Notes: generated by a model from the sequence alone, not told the origin. Shown: positions 38,721 to 51,750, numbered from the stretch's first letter. The stretch: 64,000 nucleotides of DNA from Octopus sinensis (GCF_006345805.1 NC_042997.1:33542001-33606000), one strand, 5' to 3'. Translations and numbers: made by a program.

Positions 38721-39207
38721 TTAGACCAACTAAATTTCTACTCTTGAAATTAACATGTGTCTGATATTCCACAGAGAAATGTAACCATAACATAATTCTC
38801 AAGCTGAATCAGCAGGACACAATGTGACACAGGACCAAGCCTTTGAATTTGTAGGTACAATCTAGAGAGAAAAAGAAACAGAGAGGAGCAATAGATTGGT
38901 ACTTTATCAATCCCCACCAAAAGCTAATTAGCAAAGTTGACTTTGGCAGAGAACCAAAGCCAATAATCTAAAGACACCCCTAATTTGCTGCTATTTTGCA
39001 AGTATATTCACAAGAATGTAAGGAACCTAAACTGAAGAGCTGAATGGAGCAAAGCTTAAATTATATGGACAGCCCAAACAGAATGTGAAATACTCACAGT
39101 GAACTTTGATTATTCCATTTTTACTTTTAGGCAATGTCTGTAATGCTGGAGCACCACCTTAAGAGATTTTAGTCAAACAAATCAACCCCAGCACTTATTC
39201 TTTGTAA

Positions 39208-39531
39208 TTATTTACATTATTTACATTTGATGGATATTTGTCCTCATCTTGTTTGTTGTTAATGTTTCGGCTGATATACCCCCCAGCCTTCATCAGGTGT
39301 CTTGGGGAAATTTCGAACCTGGGTTCTCATTCCTATGTTGTGGTGGTTAAGAGCACGGGCTACTAACCCAAAAATTCCGAGTTCGATTCTAAATAAAAAT
39401 AATATCGAAAAATACCTTAGGAATGAGAACCCCAAGACACCTGATGAAGGCTGGAGGGTATATCAGCCGAAACATTGTGTTAACAACAAACAAGATGAGG
39501 ACAAATATCCGTCAAATGTAAATAATGTGTA
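39208..39531. mobile_element. tRNA-headed element with hammerhead-like motif, inverted terminal duplication and 13-bp TSD
   Basis: TSD ttattctttgtaa (39195-39207 and 39532-39544); left arm is an inverted copy of the right-hand tail; tRNA-like head at about 39335-39390. Confidence 0.8.
39436..39481 (+). ncRNA. Minimal type-I hammerhead ribozyme-like motif
   Basis: gacac CTGATGA a ggctg-gagggtatat-cagcc GAAA cat t gtgtt: stem I gacac/gtgtt, canonical core, 5-bp stem II. Helix III reads ACAU rather than palindromic ACGU. Confidence 0.65.
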
Positions 39532-40440
39532 TTATTCTTTGTAAGCTTGGTATTTATTCTATCAGTCTCTGTTGCTGAACCTCTAAGTAAGGGGACATAA
39601 ACATACCAACATCATTTGTCAAGCGATGGCAGGACAAGCACAGACATACACACACACCGGTGGCACCTAAAAATCACCATCTAAACGTGGTCAATGCCAG
39701 TACCTCCCACCCCCAACTGGCTCTTATGCTGGTGGCACATAAAAAGCCCCATCTGAAAGTGATCTATGCCAGTGCCGCCTGACTGGCCCCCATGCCGGTG
39801 GCACGTAAAAAGCACCCACTACACACTCAGAGTGGTTGGCGTTAAGAAGGGCATCCAGCTGTAGAAACCTTGCCAGATCAGATTGGAGCCTGGTGCAGCC
39901 TACTGACTTACCAGTCCCCAGTCAAACTGTCCAACCCATGCCAGCATGGAAAAACGGATGTTAAACGATGATGATGATGGGCTTCTTTTGGTTTCTATCA
40001 ACCAAATCCACTCACAAGGCTTTGGTCAGTCTGGGGTTATAGTAGAAGGCACCTACCCAAGGTACTGTGCAATGGGACTGAACCCAGAACCATGTGGTTG
40101 GGAAGCAAGCTTCCTATCACACAACCAGATACAATGACCATTAATCTGGTTACTAGATCTCCACACCACCTATCATCATTTACTGCTCAAACTTGTAAAC
40201 AAATTTCATTTATTGTGAATTGATGAGCGAGCTTTTATGCAGTTACTTGACCTAATAGAAATACAATGCCATGAAATCAGTACACAAAACTTTTGACTGT
40301 AAATTTTAAATTTGTAATTAAACTAAATCAAATATTTCTCATATTGATTAAAATCATACCACATACAAGGACAAAAGGAATCAACAGACTACTTTTTATC
40401 ATACTAACTTGTCAAAGTTTTAGTTTAAAGGCTATAGCTA

Positions 40441-40834
40441 CTCCTTTACTCTTTTACCATTTTCAGTCATTTGACTGTGGCTATGCTGGAGCACCACCTT
40501 TAGTCAAGCAAATTGACTTCAGGACTTATTCTTTGTAAGCCTAGTACTTATTCTATCGGTCTCTTTTGCTGAACTGCTAAGTTACGAGGACATAAATACA
40601 CCAGCATCGGTTGTCAAGCGATGTTGAGGGGACAAACACAGACACACACACACCCCACACATATATATATATATACATATATACGACGGGCTTCTTTCAG
40701 TTTCCGTCTAGCAAATCCACTCACAAGGCTTTGGTCGGCCCGAGGCTATAGTAGAAGACACTTGCCCAAGGTGCCGTGCAGTAGGACTGAACCCGGAACC
40801 ATGTGGTTGGTAAGCAAGCCACTCCTACACCTAC
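40441..40834 (-). mobile_element. SINE family A
   Basis: Near-consensus copy. Confidence 0.85.
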
Positions 40835-41517
40835 CTTTGTAGATTTTTTTAATCTTTAAGAAGTTATAAACGAATAAGCATAAGACAAAATTGTTTTTCT
40901 TTTTAAGAGTCTGCTTTTATCAAAGTGTATCCTCAAGTAAAAGAATATACAAAATGTAAACTATAAAAATACTATAAAAAGAAATCATGCATATTTTTGT
41001 TTACCAGCTGAGAAATCTAAAGTACATAAAAGTTAAAGTTGAAAGACTGAACACCTAAAGCAACTTGAATTCTTTTAAAATTTAAAGTATCGTTTGAATA
41101 TAATATCAAACTGGATGTAACATGAAACATTATATTCCATGAAAATAATATAGGATTGAAAAATTGCATTCTTACAAAATTGAGAACAGAAACATTGTAC
41201 TAAAGAATGCAAAATAGGTTTTCAAGTCTCAAATTTTCTCACACCTATATGTTTATAAGCCTATATGCTTTTACCAGGTCCTTTTTAACACAAACCCTTA
41301 AACTTGATTTGACTGTTTTGGATGGATAAAAACCCGCTGGATGTTAAATGATAATGATGATGGAAATGATTGACTTCTGTAAGCCAATAATTACTTCCAA
41401 CTAACTCCACAACTGTAATTCTACACCTCAAAGAAATATCACCAAATGTCCATCAAATCATACCATCAAACTTTAAAAAACAAAGATGTAAGAACACATG
41501 GACAATATAGTCAGGGG

Positions 41518-42060
41518 TCATCATCATCATCGTCACTTAATGTCCGTTTTCCATGCTGGCATAGGTTGGACGGTTTGACTGAGGGCTGGCAAGCCAGAAG
41601 ACTGCACTGGGCTCCAATCTGATTTGGTAAAGTTTCTACAGCTGGATGCCCTTCCTAACTCCAACCACTCCGAGTGTGTAGTAGGTGCTTTTACATGCTA
41701 CCGGCATGAGGCCAGTCAAGCAGTACTGGCATCAACCATGCTTGAATGGTGCTTTTTATGTGCCACCAGCACAGGAGCCATTGAGGGAGCACTGGCAACG
41801 ATCACGCTTGAATGGTGCTTTTTATGTGTCACCAGCACAGGAGCCATTGAGGGAGCACTGGCAATGCTCACGTTCAAATGGTGCTTTTTACAAGCCACCA
41901 GCATGGGACCAGTCAGCTGACACTGGCATCAAGCACACTTAGATGGTGCTTTTTATGTGCCACCAGCACAGGAGCCATTGAGGGAGCACTGGCAACAATC
42001 ACGCTTGAATAGTGCTTTTTACGTGCCACCAGCATGGGACCAGTCAGGCAACACTGGCAT
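41518..42060 (-). mobile_element. Repeat family C with about six minisatellite units
   Basis: (CAT)n tail on the left, body, then alternating roughly 65-bp unit types. Confidence 0.8.
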
Positions 42061-42632
42061 AGACAAATGTAACGGTCATGCCTGGAATGTTTCTATTCAC
42101 AGGCCTATTTGAGCAGTGTTCACTTGGGACTAAATGATTTTAATTATGGAAAGCATGTAATGTGCAATAGCTACAATGACCTGTGCAAAAAATTCCCAAC
42201 CTAGTTGATATGTGTTCAGTGTGTAGCTATCAGAGAGAAATAAAAGCAGAGACTTACAAACATCATTAAAATACATTATCAAACTTGCATTAAAAAATAA
42301 AACCAAAAACAAACAGAGTCCCATAGAGTTCTTATTTCCTTTCCTTTATATGCATAACCTTTGACATTTTTATGTATCAGTTTCAAATCATTGGTGTTTC
42401 TATGTATTTTACAGTTACTACATCGAGTAATCATGACTCCACTGCAATGTAGGAATAATGGGTGAACAGCTTCCAGCTATGCTAAAGGAGACCTATGTAA
42501 TAATAATAATAATAATGTGTCTTAACAAAAGTGGGTGTGTTGATGAAAATAAAGCCATTGAAAATTACAAAGTGCAAACAGTCACTTTCGCTTTAGTCAC
42601 AGGTCAACCCTGACTGACAAAGCCTATGTTAA

Positions 42633-42844
42633 CCCTTTCGTTACCAACCCGGCTGAAACCGGCTCTGGCTCTTTAGTACAAATGTCTGGTTTTCAAAAGT
42701 TCTGAATTAAAACCTTATTAGTCACAATTTATGTCCCTAACTCTAGCTTAATGATAACGATGTTATTTTACTTAATTCTTTGTTATATTTAACATAATTG
42801 GAAGAAACACTGAGCATCTCAAAATAAATTCAGTAATGAAAGGG
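42633..42844. mobile_element. TTAA MITE, family 2
   Basis: TTAA|CCCTTTCGTTACCAACCCGG...GGG|TTAA; second copy at 58215-58414. Confidence 0.75.
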
Positions 42845-43125
42845 TTAAAGGAGTTCTAACCATGACTATCACATCTGTTTTCCAAGATGGTGCGCGATAC
42901 AGTTGTAGGTATACTGTATGGTCTATATGTTATAAGGTAAAATAGGACTTGAACATTTGGTTGCTATTTCTAGCAAGATGAACAACTGCATAGATGCTCC
43001 ACTGTTGGTTTGTAGAGTATGAAGTCGGTAAGGTAGGTAACTGGTTACTACAAGTTGGTGCATTGCGTTTCTGGTGCAGACAACTGTCAATGCCCAACAC
43101 TATTTACCTGTATAAAGTTACTGTA

Positions 43126-43536
43126 GGCGCAGGAGTGGCTGTGTGGTAAGTAGCTTGCTAACCAACCACATGGTTCCGGGTTCAGTCCCACTGCGTGGCA
43201 TCTTGGGAAAGTGTCTTCTGCTATAGCCCCGGGCCGACCAATGCCTTGTGAGTGGATTTGGTAGATGGAAACTGAAAGAAGCCTGTCGTATATATGTATA
43301 TATATATATATGTATGTGTATGTATGTTTGTGTTTGTCCCCCTAGCATTGCTTGACAACCGATGCTGGTGTGTTTACGTCCCCGTCACTTAGCGGTTCAG
43401 CAAAAGAGACCGATAGAATAAGTACTGGGCTTACAAAAAATAAGTCCCGGGGTCGATTTGCTTGACTAAAGGCGATGCTCCAGCATGGCTGCAGTCAAAT
43501 GACTGAAACAAGTAAAAGAGGAAAGAGAGAAAGAGT
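43126..43536 (+). mobile_element. SINE family A
   Basis: Near-consensus copy. Confidence 0.88.
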
Positions 43537-45274
43537 AGGAAATTACTGTTCAAACACTGTGGCCTACAGAGAGCAATGTATAACCAACAAGAATTTCATT
43601 TGCTTGTAATTCTCAATCAGCAAGTTCCAAAGCGAGACCAACAAGAAGAAATGGCATGCAATGACATTTTAGCTATAATGGCACCAGCTGAAATGACTTT
43701 GACCGAAAAAAAACCCAACATTATTATATAATGTTTTAGCAATGCGAGAAGCCTACCTCTTGTTCTTGAATCATTAAACAAAGACGAAGTCTTCAAGTGG
43801 TAAATGAAACATGAGAATCCAAAGAAATTAATGATGTTTTGTATTGGCAAATAGTCAAATATGAAAAAAAAAAAAAAAAAAAAGTTTGCAAAGTGAAATA
43901 AATTAACCATGAAGAGGAGGAGAAGTAAAATGTTTTAGGTAAAACCACTTCATCAGAGAGGGAGAGAAGGGGGAGGGGGGATGTTTACTGGTAGTTCTGG
44001 ATAAACTGATAACAACAACTCAACAGATTTCAGGATAATAAAATATGGTGAAGTGGTCCCCGCTCCTTTAATTATCTTTATATTTTACCACTCAGATGTT
44101 GTTATTCATAGAAATTTTGATAGATGGGCTTATGTGGCTTGCTTTAAGTTGAAATGAGAATACATAATCTAATGCTCAGTCTCCCAGTATTTTGTAACAA
44201 TTCAATCATACAAATTCCGCACGTATAATTTAAGTTAATTACAGTGATAACTTTGAAGTAAAACGTGAGGTTTCTTAGCTGACTTGTTATGATATGCTAT
44301 ACAGTTAGCCATATTTTAATTCATACACAGCAGTTATAGAGTATCATGATATATGATATCACTACCTGCTGTTGAGGAAAAAAAGAATTATTATTATATT
44401 AAATACAAAAAGGAGAGTACTTTCAGTAGTAATTTTGTTATTTTTGTCCTTAATAACACTGGTTAGTAGAGTCAACAGTATATTGGGTGAAATGTCTTTA
44501 TGTTGGAGCTCAGATTCCATGTAGTGGCTACTATGATATTGTGAAAGGAGACTTAGAGAGAAGGAAAGAGAAAGGATAAACCGGATTTAAAAAGAGGATG
44601 AGAGACAGACAGACAGACATGTAGAGAGAAAGAGCAGTTTAGAAAAAAGAACTGAGACAGACAAACAAGAGCAGATAGATAAATATCTACGCTTCATAGT
44701 TAAAGTAATGAAAGAAACAGCAAGTAAAAGGACCGTGAATAAGGCATAGGAACAAAACCAGTGAAACCCCACACAAAGATATCCATACATAATAGAAACA
44801 CAGGAAGGAGGGGTGGGGCGGAATGGAGGCAGCTATTAACATTACAATGGACCACTGTTCTAAAAATGTAAGATTTACAGAAAAGACAAAAATGTTATTT
44901 TTAAACAAAGGTTTTTATTTTTTGAATTTAACAGTTTAAATTAAAAGGGACGGCAGTTATTGGCAAGAATAATTGTGATGCATGCATGCATGCCCACTTC
45001 TTAATAACAATAAGTAAGGGTTCTTGTAGATAATGGATTGACTTAGGCTTGTTTAGGGGGCTCCACACAAGCAAAATAGAAAATTGGGTCCACAGTAGTA
45101 TTTTACGGGGCCATGAAAATATTTTGCCTTATATGTTTATCGCAATAAACAGCTAGGTTTCTTTCTCTGATGTTTTGCATGGTTCAACCTACACAAGTTA
45201 ATGTGGGGAAAGCAAAATCAGAATTTTGAAAGAACTATCTATAAAAATGGGTTTTTTTTAAAAATCAAATGGTA

Positions 45275-45845
45275 TGGCTATGTGGGAAGAAGCTTGCTTC
45301 CTAACCACATGGTTCCGGGTTCAGTCCCACTGTGTGGCACCTTGGGCAAGTGTCTTCTACTATAGCCTCAGGCCAACCAAAGCCTTGAGAGTAGATTTAG
45401 TAAATGGAAACTGAAAGAAGCCTGTTGTATATATATGTGTGTGTGTGTGTGTGTGTAGCTTTGACCCCCACCACTACTTCACAACTAGTGTTGGTGTGTT
45501 TACATCCCTGTAACTTGGCAGTTCAGCAAAAGAGACTAAAAGAATAACAAAATTAAGTTATCATCATCATCATTTAACATCGGTTTTCCATGCTGGCTTC
45601 GGATGGATGGTTTGACAGAACTGGTAAGCCAGGAAGCTGCATCAGGTTCTAGTCCAATTTGGCATGGTTTCTATAGCTGGATGTCCTTCCTAATGTCAAC
45701 CACTCCAAGAGTGTAGTGGGTGCTTTTTTACATGCCCACTACACTCTTGGAGCGGTTGGCATTTTCATTCAACTAAAATTCTTTTAGGCAGTAACCCCAG
45801 TATGGCTGCAGTCTAATGACTGAAACAAGCAAAAGATAAAAGAAT
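45275..45845 (+). mobile_element. SINE family A with a family C insert (about 45563-45763)
   Basis: The family A tail module is interrupted by a minus-strand family C fragment. Confidence 0.75.
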
Positions 45846-46329
45846 AGATATATCACTCAGCTCCATTATGTATAAGATAAGGATGTGAAATTTCACTCTA
45901 CTCAAGTGGGTGAAATGACGCAGCAATTTCTGTAGTGATCTGCAGTACTAATACGATAAGTAGCAATCTCCACAAAGATCAGTCATTAGTCAAGCAGGCC
46001 ATACATAATACAGAATTATAAAGACACACACAACTATCCATCCACGCAAACATTTTCTTTTTGTCTTCCAATATCTATATTGGTGAAATTATTAGTTCTG
46101 TGTCTATAAAGCCTGGCATCAGGTGGACTGTTGTAAACTTGCAGCCAATTCAGCTCAAGTAAAAGCAAACACTCCAGTGCATTCTTCCTCTTAACAAAGC
46201 TACTAATTAACAATTAACTTCCATCGCATATCTTGTTAAACAACTATTGTTTCAATATGGTTTTTGGTTGTGTACCACTTGAACTCAATACCTGGAATTT
46301 AAAGTAGTCAATGATTACACTGATACCCG

Positions 46330-46730
46330 CTGTTCTTGAGGAGACCTTGTTGAGTCGAGAACGTCAACGTCAAAATAAAGATTCAAATGGAAACTGTAGT
46401 TAAGACACCCATGCCGGCGACACGTAAAAAGCACCGTCCGAACGTGGCAGATACTAGCGCCGCCTGACTGGCGTCCGTGTCGGTGACACGTAAACGCACC
46501 AACCAATCGTGGCCGTTTGCCAGCCTGCTCTGGCCCCTATGCCGGTGGCACGTAAAAAACACCCACTACACTCACAGAGTGGTTGGCATTAGGAAGGGCA
46601 TCCAGCTGTAGAAACACTGCCAAATCAGACTGGAGCCTGGTGCAGCCTTCATGGCTTACCAGACACCAGTCGAACCGTCCAACCCATGCTAGCATGGAAA
46701 ACGGACGTTAAATGATGATGATGATGATGA
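46330..46730 (+). mobile_element. Repeat family C, copy with the longest 5' extension
   Basis: Extra 5' segment before three units, body and (GAT)n tail. Confidence 0.8.
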
Positions 46731-49144
46731 TACACAACTGCAGAATTTTTCTACAAAGTAGTTGTTATACCAAAATGGGAATTATTCCATTGCTCTCCTG
46801 CTAAAATCACAGAAAGAGCAAAGAGAAAATAAAAAGTAACCATGATGGATTTACTGCTTACACCTTTCATATTCAATATCGCTAAAAATGAGAGTTAAAA
46901 TAACTCAAAAGCCACAAAAGCATTGAACAAAGGGGGGTAAGTACCCACATACATAGTCGGATCGCAATTTTGGATTTTGATGTAGACCATATTAATCTTC
47001 ATCAGCGACTCTTAATGCCTAGGGTTAAACTTAACTATCTCTGTCAATCTTATAACAAAAACTGTTGAAAACATGTGCTGATTTTCAAAACGGTAAAATT
47101 GTAAACAACAGATTAAAAAGATACATTCGGCCATGATCGGTTGGCACGTAAAAAGCAAACACTACACTCATGGAGTGGTTGGCGTTAGGAAGGGCATCCA
47201 GCTGTAGAAACACTGCCAGATCAGACTGGAGCAGCTTCCTGGCTTCCCAGACCCCGGTCGAACCGTCCAACCCGTGCTAGCATGGAAAATGGACGTTAAA
47301 CGATGATGATGATGATATATATATATATATATATGTGTGTGCATATGTGTGTCTGTGTTTGTCTTCCCGTCATCGCTTGACAACCAGTGCTGGTGTATTT
47401 ATGTCCCTGTAACTTAGCAGTTTGGCAAAGGGGGCTTATAGAATAAGTACTAAGCTTACACAGAATAAGTCCTGGGGGTCAATTTCCTCAACTAAAACCC
47501 TTTAAGGCGGTGCTCCAGCATGGCCACAATCAAATAACTGAAACAAGAATAAAAGAATATCCCCTTTTCTATGCCTGCATGGGTCAGATAGAATTTGTTG
47601 AGGTAGACTTTCTATGGCCAGATGTCCAACCTGTCACCAACTTTCACCCATTTCCAAGCAAGTTAATATCTTTCCATGGCCAGAGATTTTTCTTATTTAT
47701 TTGCAACAAACAACTTCACTTGTATAACGATGATGCTCATTTACTACCATCACATGATGTCTAGGCAAGAGTATGCACAAAGACATACATATACATACAT
47801 GACAGACTTCTTTTAGTTTCTGTCTATAAATTCACTCACAAAACTTTTCTTGGTCCTGGGCTTATAATAGAAAACATTTGCCCATGGTGCCACATGATTG
47901 GGAAGAAAACTTCTTAATCACACAGCCACCCTTGCACCTATTGTTAGATATTGTAAGCTATTTCCCAATAGTCATAGGAAAATGATAGTGTCTCAAGAAA
48001 TCCATCAGGATTTAAAGCTCTGGTGAAGCTTTTTGATCAAATGTTTATTCCAGGATAGCTAGGTGGATAGAAGAAATGTAAAGTGATCTGCTCAGAAACA
48101 ATGACGTGACTGCAAAACTCAAGAATGTAAGCAAATGTCCCAACACTTCATTCAAACAACCATCTGTCTATGTTAAAATCTTATAAGAGGAAAGATGAAC
48201 TTAACATTGAGGCATCGCTCTACAAATAAACCAAATGTGTCAGACTCAATAAAATTATTAAGTTGAGAATCAAATGTTGCCAAGAGCTTGCTTTTGAGTC
48301 AAAAGATTGATAGATAACATCTTACGTTGTGCTGTGCCACAGACAAAGGTGCGCAATTATTTCTGTCCTGTTCCACTTAGTTATAAATAGGTATCATGAT
48401 GCAGATGTATAAATGAAGCAGAAATGCTTTCATAGAATTGGTAGTTCCTTAGCTTTCAACTATTCTTGATGTCTGTATCCCTTTATGAAAAATAGTCAAT
48501 AACCTTGATCTACGAAGTTTCATCATTCTACAAATAATGACAAACCAGACAGTGAGAGAGTCTTCATTGAGTCACTCAAATTGCTAGAAATAGTGACCAA
48601 ATCTCCTTCAAACACCACCATCTTAAAAAAGGATGCATACATTGGATAATATAATCCTAGATATATTTTGCCTGAGAGACGGTAATACACAGTGATCACA
48701 ACTGATATGTCTTTGATCATAGATCTAATCAGGCAGAGTCGATCAAGGGTTAACTCACAAGCCAGATATAAAAAAATTTTTTTATAATTTTCGATTTTAA
48801 TTTATATATTATTTTCCTCCTCAGTTCAGGGGTCTTATTGGTTCCTTGGTAACTTCACTAGTGCCAGTAACAGGTAAAAACTCACCCAGTATGCTCTGTA
48901 AAGCTATTGATGTTAAGAAGGGCATCCAGCCATAGAAACCATGCCAAAGCAGATATTGGAGCTTCACTCAATCCTCTGGTTTGCCAGCCCGTTGAACCAT
49001 CTAACCCATGCCAGCATGGAAAGCAGACAGATGATGAAGATGATAAAAAAGAAAAAAATTCAGTGCTCACAATATTCCAGGAGGGATTAAAAATTGCAGT
49101 ATATCAAAACACTGACTGAGATTTAAGTCACAAGACTATTTAAC

Positions 49145-49353
49145 CAATTGCAGAGTGGAAGGTGTTTGTAAGCCATTTAAGAAACACACAAAAGCCGTTC
49201 GATTCACTTCAACATTTAATTTGTCAAAATATTTTCGTCGCTTTAGGACCGCGACAAAAATATTTTGACAAATTAAGCTTAAATGTTGAAGTGAATCGAA
49301 CGGCTTTTGTGTGTTTCTTAAATGGCTTACAAACACCTTCCACGCTGCAATTG
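49145..49353. repeat. Fold-back palindrome, about 100-bp arms with a 9-nt spacer
   Basis: Arms are near-identical reverse complements from caattg to gtcgc/gcgac, with a 6-bp indel in the right arm. Confidence 0.92.
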
Positions 49354-50310
49354 TTTTCGTTCCAGCACATGATCTCAGATCAAATCACTTGCTATGCAAG
49401 TACATCTCCGTAACTATTTAATCAACAGTCCTGATAATTAATCTTAACCAGTAAGAGCATTGTGTTATACCTCTGGACAACGTACATAATTCTGCTAACT
49501 CTAGCTTACTTATAGGTTCTGCTCCTTCACCATGGTTGAATGGTCAGTGATAGAAAACAAAAATCAATTTTCCCCTCACATAAGCACACGCATGCACAAA
49601 AACTTGACTCATAACAGTATGGTGAAAATGGGTGTAAAACAGTTAAACACACTATAGAAATTTGGGTTAATAGCAGTTAAACATACATATAAAAAACAAA
49701 GCCAACAAAGAAGCTTCTATGTTGTCAGTTAGTCTGCTAAAATTAGCACTCAAATCAGACATCCTAGTGTATCAAAAATAAGACAATGGCTAATGCAGTC
49801 CTATATATGAGAAAGAAAAGGAAAAGAAAGAGACACTTATGGTTGGAATAACTTTGCTCATAGGTCTGCTTTATCAGAACTGATGTAGTAGTGACAACTA
49901 ATTGTCACTACTAAAGTCACCAATGTTACATATGAAGACCCCGATGTTATATATATGTAACATAGTGATAAAGTGAAAAACAGATTAACTAAGACTCTCC
50001 ATGCAAATAAAAAACAAAAAGGTTCCTCTAAAGGTGTTTAACTCTAGCGTTCAGATTACTGTCAAATGTTTTGAATTAATTATGCAATATCTCTCCACCC
50101 AGAGCTTATGGTAATGCTTATATGCATCCACTACAGGTTGCATATTCTTGACTTTTTGCACACTCCATCCACCAATATTACAACTATTGTGTAATCTCAA
50201 GTCTTCAGAAACAGCTGTCAGACCTGCAGTATCATGCCTCCTTCCCATAGTTTTCTGTATTTTTCGGATTCCATGTAAATCTGTTCATTAAATATATAAA
50301 TATCTAATTG

Positions 50311-50822
50311 TTCTGTTGTGTCTGGGGAGAGTCATTTTCTTTTTGTGCCTTATAATGTAACACACTCACCGGTAAAATTTCCAGTTATTTTTATTTTCCT
50401 AAAATTTTCGTTGCGTCTTGCAACCTTCTCAAGAGTCAAGACTATTGAAAAGGTTGCAAGACGCAACGAAAATTTTAGGAAAATAAAAATAAGTGGAAAT
50501 TTTACCAGTGAGTGTGTTACATTATAAGGCAATCACCACAGGAGCAAAGACAGCCGAGGAGAGACGGATTCAGTCAGCAGAACAGAAACGCCAGATGCAG
50601 AAAGCCAGAGCCACCTGCACCAATAGCACAGCCCCTACCCACTTCTGCCCCACCTGTGGGAGGGGCTTTCTTGCCCGGATTGGCCTCACCAGCCACCTCC
50701 GGTCTCATAGCAGCAATTCCACCAAATGATGTCAATGGTCATCTTCGAACCAGAAGGACGAACATTATTATTATTATTATTAAGGCACAAAAAGAAAATG
50801 ACTCTCCCCAGACACAACAGAA
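50311..50822. repeat. Fold-back palindrome, about 127-bp arms, right arm split by the RTE insertion
   Basis: Centre at 50438-50439; the right arm resumes after the RTE at 50781. Confidence 0.9.
50532..50780 (+). mobile_element. RTE (BovB-like) LINE 3' end, 5'-truncated, with TSD taaggca
   Basis: CPTCGRGFLARIGLTSHLRSH zinc finger, stop at 50729, short 3'UTR and (ATT)n tail. taaggca occurs at 50525-50531 and 50781-50787. Confidence 0.88.
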
Positions 50823-51377
50823 TATGCTTCAACACACGAACTCATATAAAGAATCTTGCAAACCAAATCCAAAAACGAAATATCTAATTATTGAAATATG
50901 AATGTTCAGCAGAGCTTGGTGCAGTCTTTTGACTTGCCAATTTCTGTTGAACAATCCAACTCTTGCCAGCACGGATGACAGACATTAAATGACAATGATG
51001 ATTATATACACACATAACCTACAACATGAATGATTAGCATATAAAACACAACCTTGAGGAATTTTCTCCATACCTATATTGTTGATATTCACAAGTGCGT
51101 GATTCCAATTCTTATTTCTGTAGTAAACCAACTCCCCCACTAATGACATAAGAACAACAACAACTAAATATAATAGACTAAAGCCATTAGGTTGTGAATG
51201 CAATAAAAGAGTATATTCCATAATTGCTAGATTTGTAATGACTGATCTCAGAAATGCAAATTCATATTCATTAATTTGGCTATTAACTTTTCTTTTGTGT
51301 GTCTGTCTGACACAGCATTTCAATTAATTTATTTTCTTTGTTTTCAGTGCCACTGTTGTCATTATTATTTTTACATC

Positions 51378-51750
51378 CAGTCGAACGTGGCCAATGCCAG
51401 CGCCGCCCCGACTGGCTTCTGTGCCGGTGGCACATAAAAAGCACCATCCGAATGTGGCTGCTGCCAGCGCCGCCTTGGCTGGCTTCTGTGCCGGTGGCAT
51501 GTTAAAAGCTCCAACCGATCGTGGCCGATGCCGGACCCCCCTGGCACCTGTGCAGGTGGCACGTAAAAAGCACCCACTACACTCGCGGAGTGGTTGGCGT
51601 TAGGAAGGGCATCCAGCCGTAGAAACTCTGCCAGATCAGACTGGAGCATGGTGCAGCCCCTGGCTTCCCAGACCCCGGTCGAACTGTCCAACCCGTGCTT
51701 GCGTGGAAAACGGACGTTAAGCGATGATGATGATGATGATGATGATGATG
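51378..51750 (+). mobile_element. Repeat family C
   Basis: Three units, body and (GAT)n tail. Confidence 0.82.

Larger units (their letters stand above)
39140..40125 (-). mobile_element. Diverged SINE family A carrying two nested inserts
   Basis: Interrupted by the 39208-39531 element and by a family C copy at 39655-39978. Confidence 0.75.

Noticed and set aside
41700-42060. CRISPR-like regular repeats (also 21010-21290 and 63295-63460)
   Set aside because: Tandem units of repeat family C with no unique spacers, no cas genes, and a eukaryotic context.
46332-46368. gtt CTTGAGGA gac..gtc GAGAAC GTC aac, loosely hammerhead-like
   Set aside because: Needs two extra nucleotides in the core and has only 3-bp stems; likely chance.
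49886-49913. 12-13-bp perfect hairpins (also 34200-34228)
   Set aside because: Short and AT-rich, with no associated termini; plausible by chance or slippage.
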